From assembly GCF_053078305.1 (NCBI RefSeq), contig NZ_CP166879.1: DNA of 64,000 nucleotides. One strand, written 5' to 3'. Under the pieces are notes generated by a model that saw only the letters and a list, made by a program, of their open reading frames with translations, did no database searches and was not told the DNA's origin. Made by a program: the position numbers and the translations under genes. How positions within the stretch are numbered: position 1 is the stretch's first letter; every line of letters begins with the position of its first letter. Positions 19,371 through 28,012 of the stretch are shown one piece after another.

Positions 19371-21449
19371 TTAAAGAATCCTTATGTAATTAAGTGGAGG
19401 TGTTATTTCATCATTCAATACATACCAAGAATGCTCAAATGCTGGCCAACGCACTAAATCGAAGCCATCTGCTGCTGGGTTTATTCGCCGTGTAACTTCT
19501 CTGGCATCTGACAAACTACATCCTTTATCCGCCCAATAATTAACGCCTAAACTACCACTAGGTGTCAATCGATGGCTTACCATTATGTATTTTTGCTTAC
19601 TTGCCCAAAAGTATCCCCCGGCATCGCAAGAAAAATAGGCATTTTCAACTGGGAGTTGGTTATTGGGTTCTGTAGTAAAAAAATCATCATCTGACGGATT
19701 TCTATACTTTCCATAATTTCTATAATTCTCACGACCAGTTAGATGTATGGTACCTCTGCCTTTAAATCTTGCACCATCACCAACAACATTATTTCCAAGC
19801 TTAAGTCCCTGTTCTGTTCCTGGCTCATACATATCAAAATAACTCGAATCACCATTCTCTATAAAAGACGCAAATCTGCCTGTTTCTCTCGCCATCTGAC
19901 CGAAATAATGCGCAATCCGCAATGGGGTTGTAATTAAGTACTTCCTTAGTGACTTTGACAGTTCATTTTTCAACCCTGCAGGTCTTATCACCTCACCACT
20001 GCTATTTTGTCCTTGGCTAGTAATCCGCTCAATTAGAGTGTCTTTACTTAATGGTCTTGTAAGTTCTGATGTCATGGGATAAGCATTTTGATAACGTCTT
20101 ACCACACTTATAATATCATTTTCTCCTAACCACCCACATTTCCTGAAATGTGCAATAAACTGCCTGGGATCAAAATGCCATACACGCCTGGCAGGTAACG
20201 GATTATCTACCAAACAAAGCGCCTTACAGTGTTCTATCAGCAAATCCAGGTCAGGCTCTGTCATCGGCTTACTCAATACGTCATTGGGTGATTTCAGCCA
20301 CTCAAACCGTGATTCCACGGTGGCGCTGTCCCATTCTAGCGGAAAATGACAAATCATCCGACTTAGGTCATTGCGGGTTGTACACAGGATTGTTGGTGAA
20401 TTGCACTGGCTGTTGGTGTCCGCATCATCGTTCACCAGTTTCCACCCTGTCCAGTGTGGAAAATCACCGTCGCTGTAAACCCTGATATCTCTCGCCCCTA
20501 AGTTAACAACGCCTTTACCCTGTGGCGTATTGATTGTTCGCCACAGCGGCGCATCCGCCGGGACTAATTCTTCATATTCTGTATTAACAACCCGACCAAA
20601 ACGCAGCATCTCATAACCGGCACTTGGGCTTTTCGGATAGAGTTGCAGCGCGTAGGAATAGAGATTGTATTCATAATCCTTACCATCAGCATTAATCAAG
20701 GGAGAACCTACTTCAGTATAGGTATCACTCAGCACTTCATGCTGCTGACGCGTCACCATCGTACAATTGCCTTTATCAAAACTCATTGTGACATACAATG
20801 GCACGCTGGTTCTTTGTACCGGACTGTTGTTCGCAAGCGAGTTTTCTTCCGGCATGTCCCCATAAATCGGTGTTCCGGCAGGGAGATAAAAATGACTATC
20901 ACCGTAAACCACATCAGTTCGTCCATCTTTATTCAGGTCTGTTTCCGGTGATATTCTTCCTGTGATTTTCTGAATGTTTTCATCATCACAAAAAATCTGA
21001 AAATGAAAGGCGTTCTGTCCGTCCACCATCCCTGCTGCACCAACCGGTTCTTTCCGGTATAGCGTGTTTCCCGGCTGCACATTACTGTCAATGCTTCTCA
21101 GGTGCATATATAATGAGTAATAGACGATTTTACCCTCTTCTCCACTACCGATTTCTGTTTCATGTTTTATCAGAACATAGCCTTTATCCGTAACTCCGTT
21201 ATAATTTAACGGAGGAACTGTATTTTCCGCTGGTTCTGGCTGGCGTATTGAAATAACCTTCCCATCGGCAATACACCTAACAGTCTCTGACAGATTGCCG
21301 TTCAAATGAACTCCACCATGCCAAGAACGACCGCTATTCATTGGGAAATTTCTTTCTGGATCAACAGACATCATTCTGTTTACCCAGTCAGAGTCTTTTT
21401 CAGTGTCTATATGCGCATGCAATATTGGAGGGCTGATTATCATTATCAA
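19371..21449 (-). CDS. Putative T6SS cargo effector, 692 aa: N-terminal LytM/M23-like domain and C-terminal GH19/lysozyme-like domain (peptidoglycan hydrolase candidate)
   Basis: N-terminal motifs WHGGVHL ... GYVLIKHE ... YYSLYMHL resemble degenerate M23 motifs; C-terminal FKGRGTIHLTGRENYRNYGKY and GGYFWAS resemble GH19 signatures; immediately downstream of vgrG. Confidence 0.6.
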   Translation of the reverse strand: MIMIISPPILHAHIDTEKDSDWVNRMMSVDPERNFPMNSGRSWHGGVHLNGNLSETVRCIADGKVISIRQPEPAENTVPPLNYNGVTDKGYVLIKHETEIGSGEEGKIVYYSLYMHLRSIDSNVQPGNTLYRKEPVGAAGMVDGQNAFHFQIFCDDENIQKITGRISPETDLNKDGRTDVVYGDSHFYLPAGTPIYGDMPEENSLANNSPVQRTSVPLYVTMSFDKGNCTMVTRQQHEVLSDTYTEVGSPLINADGKDYEYNLYSYALQLYPKSPSAGYEMLRFGRVVNTEYEELVPADAPLWRTINTPQGKGVVNLGARDIRVYSDGDFPHWTGWKLVNDDADTNSQCNSPTILCTTRNDLSRMICHFPLEWDSATVESRFEWLKSPNDVLSKPMTEPDLDLLIEHCKALCLVDNPLPARRVWHFDPRQFIAHFRKCGWLGENDIISVVRRYQNAYPMTSELTRPLSKDTLIERITSQGQNSSGEVIRPAGLKNELSKSLRKYLITTPLRIAHYFGQMARETGRFASFIENGDSSYFDMYEPGTEQGLKLGNNVVGDGARFKGRGTIHLTGRENYRNYGKYRNPSDDDFFTTEPNNQLPVENAYFSCDAGGYFWASKQKYIMVSHRLTPSGSLGVNYWADKGCSLSDAREVTRRINPAADGFDLVRWPAFEHSWYVLNDEITPPLNYIRIL

Positions 21450-21590
21450 TAGTCCTTATTAAGCTTATAAAACATGTAACGAGTATGAATTATTCATTCA
21501 CAGAGCATCTCTGCTTAGAAAGCAGAAAATCACAGTATTATTGTATTATTACTACCGTCATCCGTTATCTTTATCTGAATGATTATCCCA

Positions 21591-23737
21591 CTACGAGAAC
21601 ATGAACTTCACTCTGGTCTCATCATTACCGATATCATCATCAGTATTACTATCCGTATCATTAGTGACTAAAGTGTTCAGGACAGTGGGTTGCAGTGTCG
21701 GTACCGGTGTCCCCGGACTCCCCCCACCATTAAGATTTATCTTCGGCCCCACTATATCCACGCCGCCCGGCTGAATAACGATAAACGAGCCACCCACCTT
21801 CAGGCTTATCCGGCTGCTGCTCTCCAGCACGATATCCCCGTCCACCTTTATCCCCAGCGCGCCACTCACCTTCCTCGCCAGGTCCCCCTTCACCACCAGG
21901 CTGTGTTTCCCCTCCACCAGACTGATATGGTTCCCCGTCGTCTTATGCTCCTGCTTCCCTTCCACCGTCACTTTACGGTCGTTTCTGACGTACAGACCGT
22001 CATCGTGACTCACGCTCACCGTCCGGTCATTCGTCACCTTCAGAGTCTGGTCATTACGTACTGTGATACGCCGGTCGTTCGCCACCGTGATACTCTGGTC
22101 GTGGCCCCCTCTTTTTTTGTACCGACCTGAACCGTCTGGCCCTTCACCACCGTTATCTTCTGGTCGTTACCAATGGTTTCCGTGTGGTCATGCTTCACGT
22201 CCGTCGTCCGGTCGTTGAGCACTTCCGTATCCATGTTCTTCTGCGCATGGATATACACCTGCTCATTACTGGTGGCGTCTTCAAACCGCAGCTCGTTAAA
22301 TCCGCTTCCTTTATAGGTTTTTGACCGGATGGTCATCTGCGTCTTCGTTCCCGGCAGGTCGCCCGGCGAACGGTTGTCCTCATGGTACGTCCGCCCCATG
22401 ATTATCGGCTGGTCCGGGTCGCCGTTCAGGAAGTCCACTATCACCTCCTGACCCACCCGCGGTATCGCCAGATTACCGAACCCCGGCCCCGCCCACGCCT
22501 GCGATACACGCACCCAGCATGAACTCGCCTCCGTCATCCCGTGATAACGGTCCCAGTGGAACTTCACCCGTACCCGGCCATGTTCATCGCAGAAGATTTC
22601 CTCTCCCGCAGGCCCGGTGACAATGGTGCTCTGTGGCCCGTCCACCTTCGGTTTGCTTTGCAGCCGTGGACGCCACGTCCGGTCTGCCGGTATCACCTCT
22701 AACTGATTTCCCAGTGTGGTTCCTCTCCCCTGGCTGCCGTGCAACGCCTGCGGCTGGCTTCCTGACAGTATGCTCTGTACCACCTGCCATTCACGGTTCA
22801 GCATCTTCTGCGGATGCCCCGTCAGCGTAAACCGCGTTCCCGGCCACAGCTTCGGTGAATTACTCTGCCCTGTGGCCTTTTCCGCATCACTGCGCAGGCT
22901 GTCCATCTGATACAGCGTGAAATCCTTGCCGTGCTGCTCATCCTTGAACCTTCCCGGATAATCAAATATCTCGTACTGCGCGTGCTGTCCGTTCAGCCTC
23001 TCACCCTGCTGTTCGTATATCCCCGGCCAGTCCGGCACCTTAAACGTGTAATCCTGACTCTGCACCGACGACGGGCGGACATGCGCCTCATAACGGAACA
23101 TACTGAGACACTCCGTCTCCGCTCCTGCCGATGTGTCCGGGTTAAACGGAAGCTCTCCCGCCTGTGACAGCCCCGCCACATCGTCGCACAGCGTCAGCTT
23201 CTGCTCCGGGCTGTCCGCCGCAAACCGCTCAAAGAAGAAAATCCCCTCCTCCGCCCACAGCCGGGACAGAAACGCCAGGTCGCTCTCTCCGTACTGGACA
23301 CAGAACTCCCGCGCCGGATGGTCCTCATAAAACAGCGGCGTCCACTCCGTGACGCCGTTCTCGTTCAGTAACGTGGCCGATATCGTCCGGATATCCTGCT
23401 GCTGAAAAATACGAAAGTTCTGCCGCAGCCCGCACCGCCATAACGGCGGCTCAATACGCAGGTGATAACGCATCTGCCAGCCGTTGTTCTCCTGCATGCC
23501 AAAGCCCGCCACCACGCCAGTGACATAACGCAGCGGAATGACGCCCTGCCAGATGGTCAGCGTTGCGTTCTTCTCCAGCAGCATCTCCGCCGTCTGCATA
23601 AAAGAGTCGCTGGCAACATCCACACTCATCACAAACGGATAAGACTGGTTCTGGATTAACCTGAAATTCACCACTGCAAAGGTGTCCGGCTCCTGGCCGT
23701 CAACCTCCAGCGTAAAGCGAAGACCTTTTAAGGACAT
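21591..23737 (-). pseudogene. vgrG: vgrG (T6SS spike protein), copy A, disrupted by a 1-nt deletion in a homopolymer (C5 on + strand at 22105–22109); ORFs 22040..23737 and 21591..22085 are one gene
   Basis: Conserved VgrG motifs LRFTLEVDG, GLRQNFRIFQ, GPQS.IVTGPAGEEIFCDEHGRVRVKFHWDRY, NLAIPRVGQEVIVDFLNGDPDQPIIMGRTYH; reading through the G-run restores ...KKEGGHDQSITVANDRRITV... as in copy B. Confidence 0.8.
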
Positions 23738-24180
23738 AAATACCTCTCTGGTATATCAGCCTATATTTACCGTGCCGCCACCAATAACCACGCCGCCGCA
23801 GTCAATGGCATCACCGGTTCTGGCGGCGGGCAGGCCGTCAATAAAGACGGTTGAAGAGCCTCTGGCGATTTTTCGGGGATGAGGTGGATGCTTCGGTTTA
23901 GCATGCGGCGTCGGCGGATCTCCCTGACGGGCTGCGGGGAGACCATCGATAAAAACGGTGGATGACCCGGCGGTGATGACGGTCTCGTAATAACCGTCGT
24001 GCTGAGTGCCTTTGTCGGTGAGTTTGGCTGCTAAAGGCATAATTCCTCCTGTTCAGAATTTCTACAGCAGCAGGTTTCAAAAATCCGGAGAAATATTCAA
24101 CGAAACATTAATCACTTCACCGGATATTCTGACACGTACCTTCACTAGTCTATTTAAGTAATACAAATTGTTGGCGTGTA
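22128..24180 (-). repeat. Duplicated PAAR–vgrG 5' segment, copy A (paralogous to 28368–30420, high but not perfect identity)
   Basis: Near-identical nucleotide stretches including the leader upstream of PAAR (taattcctcctgtt(c/a)agaatttctacagcagcaggtttcaaaaatccggag...). Confidence 0.85.
23756..24040 (-). CDS. PAAR-repeat protein (T6SS spike tip), 94 aa
   Basis: Two GLPAAR(Q/T)GD motifs; directly upstream of vgrG. Confidence 0.8.
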   Translation of the reverse strand: MPLAAKLTDKGTQHDGYYETVITAGSSTVFIDGLPAARQGDPPTPHAKPKHPPHPRKIARGSSTVFIDGLPAARTGDAIDCGGVVIGGGTVNIG

Positions 24181-24394
24181 ATACCCCATTCTCCTTTCAT
24201 TATCTTTGCCTTTAAAACAGAAAGTTCTTGAAATATATATTTAAGGAAAAAACCACGATAAACACCACAAGGATAATATAAATCACCAAGTTATCGAAAA
24301 TTTAAAAAATCACGCGTCAGATCTGATAAAAAATAGGCTATCACATGTAACTCCTGGGCGATCTCGCAAAAATTAAATTATAAAAATACATGAC

Positions 24395-25377
24395 GCAGGG
24401 CAAGATTACGAAAACCCGCTCCCCGCAAGGACTGACGTCAGGTAGTTTCTGTCCATGGCTGCTTTTCGCATCTTACGTCTTAACCCTGCCCTGGATACCT
24501 TATCATTCATCAAAATATTAATAGCAATGTGCCGTATCCCTGAAAATAATTCTGCTGCGTTTCCTCTTCTTATTTTGCAGTCGTCTTCATTCATTACCAC
24601 GCCCAGACGCCAGTGCAGCTTATTCTCCACGTACCAGTGGTTTCGGATTGCTGTGGCGAACTTCTCTGCGGTTAAATCAGCAGAACTGATATAATATCTG
24701 ACCGTCATTTTGGGATTTTTCTTTTGTTCTGCTATTATTGAGCGAAATGAGACTGCCATGCATAATTTCTTCAGCCCTTTCCATTCAAACGTGAAATCAA
24801 TAAGTTCATCAGGGATATCGCAGACAATATGGAGACGGATTTTAATGACATGAATCACTCCCCTGCGGCGACTCTTGTCATAAGAGTGCCGGAGCGTTTT
24901 TCCATCAATTGCAATGACGTCTTTATCATCTGAAGAATGGCAGTCACGCATCCAGTTAATAAAGCACTCGTGAAATTTTGCAGGACTGATACAGGATACA
25001 ACACTGGCAATGATATCGTGAACAGGAATACCATTTTCAAAATCACCATATCACTTCAAAACATCGGGATGTGTTTCCCCAAAATCCTCTATATCTCCCA
25101 GTCTTATGCACCAGAAATAACGGCGCAAATAGTTAACAGATAGAATATCTGGCAATTTATGTTCCACTTTCCAGGCTTGCCTGTAATCGGGGATAACAGA
25201 AATATGTTCCATCAATTTTTTAAGTTCCATTTTGTTCTCCTTAATTATGTAAGGGGTATTTGATCATGTGTAAGCAATAAAAAACAGCTTCAGGCAATAA
25301 GGAATATCTCAATTTTCAAACATAAAATGTGAATTATTTAGTACAAAAAGTGTACTTCTGATGATCTTTCCCTGCCC
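24395..25377 (-). mobile_element. H-repeat (ISAs1-family) element, copy B, degraded
   Basis: Homologous to copy A over its whole length, with the same internal deletion plus extra substitutions and indels. Confidence 0.6.
24406..25231 (-). pseudogene. H-repeat/ISAs1-family transposase pseudogene (frameshifted N-terminal region; same internal deletion as copy A)
   Basis: ORF 24406..24951 encodes the C-terminal part ([20 protein letters not shown]...); the N-terminal [11 protein letters not shown]... lies in other frames near 25231. Confidence 0.7.
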
Positions 25378-25453
25378 TTGTTTATTAGGTATATACCATA
25401 AATACTGAGTATTTTATTGTGCTATTTGTTTATTAAAAATTTGCGAGCAATAA

Positions 25454-25933
25454 TTAAAGATTGCCATCTTCATTGCCGACGAAATAAATATCAAATGAAC
25501 ACTCCAATCCAAGATTAGCCATTATTTTCATCTGCTCAGGCCATAAAGTTGGCCCACCGTGCCAATTCAATGATCTCCAGGTACAGTCAATACCCATTGA
25601 AATATTTTCTAATGCTTGCAATTTTGCAATATTTGATGATTTAGGTCCAAGTTTGTGAAGTAGCCAATCCAGATGTTCTCGAATATCTTTCGAGTTCACT
25701 AGATTTTCTGACGAGAGCATCCAATATGAATTTTTTGCATATCTTTTCTTTCCCGATAGAGTAATAATTTCATCTCCTTTTATATTAATTGATGTTGGCT
25801 CAAGTTCTAAGTGAATACTTATTTCATTAGGGTGAGTATTACCTGTGTAAATCAAGAGGCTAGCATAGCACTCATCACAACTTGGATATTCATGAGATAT
25901 CGGGGTAAGCCTTGATTGTATATTCTTAATCAT
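25454..25933 (-). CDS. Putative immunity protein for effector B; cytoplasmic, 159 aa
   Basis: No signal peptide; start overlaps the effector stop (translational coupling); AT-rich. Confidence 0.5.
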   Translation of the reverse strand: MIKNIQSRLTPISHEYPSCDECYASLLIYTGNTHPNEISIHLELEPTSINIKGDEIITLSGKKRYAKNSYWMLSSENLVNSKDIREHLDWLLHKLGPKSSNIAKLQALENISMGIDCTWRSLNWHGGPTLWPEQMKIMANLGLECSFDIYFVGNEDGNL

Positions 25934-27063
25934 AAATAATCCTCTATGTTTCCTAAAATATTTCCTGAGTCATCAATATAATCACCATTATCAAGTATTC
26001 GACCATGGTGATCACCTCGTAAGCGTAAATCTTTTTTCAACTTTTCTAAAGCTTTCCCCCATTCTCTCCTGTTAATATTTTTACCAAAAAATTCATTTAA
26101 CTCCCTGGCAGTTCTTGCCTCAAGAGTATTACCTCCAGTTTGTAATACTCTCGGAACTCTTCCCGCAGCGCCAACGCTTGGAGGAACAGGAATAGGCAAT
26201 CCATTTGCATCCAGCACAATTTTAGCACCGCTCCTCCCCATTCTGCCAACCGATTTTATTGCAAACTTCGCTGAAAACTTGACCAAACCTTTCACCAGTG
26301 CTCCAACCCCGGTCATAAGTTCCAGCCATGGCTCAACCTCCATCGCCATTGCTTGGGTTTCATTGGCAGGTTTCAACAATGGCTCTCTAGGATCAATAGT
26401 TTCCATTACCTCCCTGTTGGTCTCATTCGCCCGCTCCATAATTTGGGTATCCATCCCCAACCCTCTCGCCAGAGCAATATTACTTTCCATTTGGGCAATG
26501 TCATTTTGCATCTGACCTTTGGCAATCAATGCACCCAACATATACCAGCCATTAATAAATGCCTTGCCTAATCCTATCATTGCATCTGCTTCTTGCTTTT
26601 TGGACTCAAGCTCAAACTCTTGCTGTTGTCTTTGCAGTTCCAGATACCTGGCCCAAAGCGATGATTCTTTAACAGGTATTATCTGATTTGGCAGGTTTGT
26701 CTGGGTATACAGTTTTCCAACAGTATTATCATTATTCATGGCAACCAGCGAAAGATTCCTGGCTACCGGCTTTCCCTTGCACTTTATATGATCCACGCCT
26801 GTCAGTATCCGGCAGTCACCGCTGCCCAGACTGGTGCCAGAACTGACACCTTTCCCGGCATTACTTCGTGTACCTGCAATAATACAGTCCACGGTCAGTA
26901 CTGGATTGCCCCGTGCCCTGACATTGCTGATATAAATTTTCTCATGTGTCAGGTCCTGAAAGCTGTCAAACGGCACTATCGCATCACCAACCTTGCAGAC
27001 ATCAGGCGCAATACATATCGCAACGTACTTCGATTCACGACAACCAATATGATTTTCAGCCAT
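25930..27063 (-). CDS. Putative T6SS effector, 377 aa: N-terminal PAAR-like (DUF4150-type) domain fused to a C-terminal toxin domain of unassigned family
   Basis: N-terminus ...YVAICIAPDVCKVGDAIVPF... resembles the PAAR-like DUF4150 signature; downstream of vgrG and an adaptor-like gene, followed by an overlapping small ORF. Confidence 0.55.
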   Translation of the reverse strand: MAENHIGCRESKYVAICIAPDVCKVGDAIVPFDSFQDLTHEKIYISNVRARGNPVLTVDCIIAGTRSNAGKGVSSGTSLGSGDCRILTGVDHIKCKGKPVARNLSLVAMNNDNTVGKLYTQTNLPNQIIPVKESSLWARYLELQRQQQEFELESKKQEADAMIGLGKAFINGWYMLGALIAKGQMQNDIAQMESNIALARGLGMDTQIMERANETNREVMETIDPREPLLKPANETQAMAMEVEPWLELMTGVGALVKGLVKFSAKFAIKSVGRMGRSGAKIVLDANGLPIPVPPSVGAAGRVPRVLQTGGNTLEARTARELNEFFGKNINRREWGKALEKLKKDLRLRGDHHGRILDNGDYIDDSGNILGNIEDYL

Positions 27064-27997
27064 GAGGTCCCCTCTGCTCCGTCGTCAAAACAATACGTTG
27101 TGGAAGAGAATCCACGGGGAGCGTTAAGCGCCAGAGTAGTGTTAGTTGCTCATCGTCTGTGTGGATGGTCAGTGTGTCAGCCAACAATGGGCGCAGTTCT
27201 ACGTTTTTATCAGAGCGGTAAAACAAATACGCCAATAGTCTAATATCTGGAAGGAAACAAATTTGTTCCATTTTAGAAGGTAATAGGCCGTTCAATATAA
27301 TTTTTTCATTGCCAATTAAATAACCATCGTATTGTTGTTCTGGTGGAGAATAATTCATGAATGCAAAATCGAATTCATCTGGATAAAAAGGTTGAACAGT
27401 CTTTTGCCACTGTTCTGTAAAACCTCTGGCATAGCGCAATCGTGAAGGCCAGCTACGGCAAATAGCTCCTGGTGAGGCAGATAACTGTGGAGCTGGACAG
27501 GGCGATTTATCGCCAAGCGTTATCAGGGAGGGAATAACAATGCCTACAGGATTAAATTCACTGGCTGACGCCAGTTCATGGCGTAACAGTACCCGATCAG
27601 TTAATTCAGGTTCGCTAAGTTGCCAGCGGTTAGATATATATTGCCATTGGCAAGGGCCACATATATCAAATTGGCGCTGAAGATTACCAACCTGTAAACT
27701 GGCCTGCCATCGAGTGGTTTCCCCGGTGGCATGCCATGCGTGTCCATTTAATAAAACATCTGCCCTGACTTTTCTGCAAACCAAATCGGTTGCTGTTTTA
27801 AGACTGCTGCTTTCCGGTTCGCCGTACCAGGAGTCGGTCATCAGTGGCAGTCGCTGCTCATCCGCAATCAGACAGAGACCGCCGCTATATGAAAAATCAA
27901 ATGTCTGATTAACTACCACTACTGTGAATAACTCACCATAATATCCCACTTTTTCGAACTGAAAGTGAGGTAAACCAGTTTCATTTTCAATATTCAT
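27056..27997 (-). CDS. Putative T6SS effector adaptor/chaperone (DUF2169- or DUF4123-like by position), 313 aa
   Basis: Lies between vgrG and the PAAR-like effector; overlaps the effector start by 8 nt; no recognisable catalytic motif. Confidence 0.4.
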   Translation of the reverse strand: MNIENETGLPHFQFEKVGYYGELFTVVVVNQTFDFSYSGGLCLIADEQRLPLMTDSWYGEPESSSLKTATDLVCRKVRADVLLNGHAWHATGETTRWQASLQVGNLQRQFDICGPCQWQYISNRWQLSEPELTDRVLLRHELASASEFNPVGIVIPSLITLGDKSPCPAPQLSASPGAICRSWPSRLRYARGFTEQWQKTVQPFYPDEFDFAFMNYSPPEQQYDGYLIGNEKIILNGLLPSKMEQICFLPDIRLLAYLFYRSDKNVELRPLLADTLTIHTDDEQLTLLWRLTLPVDSLPQRIVLTTEQRGPHG

Positions 27998-28012
27998 GTT
28001 AATTTCTCCAGA

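Noticed and set aside
21600-22300. Short periodic repeats in the vgrG 3' regions that could be mistaken for a CRISPR-like or tandem-repeat array
   Set aside because: The periodicity is at the protein level (beta-helix repeats such as TVxNDxxITV) inside a coding frame; there are no direct repeats with unique spacers.
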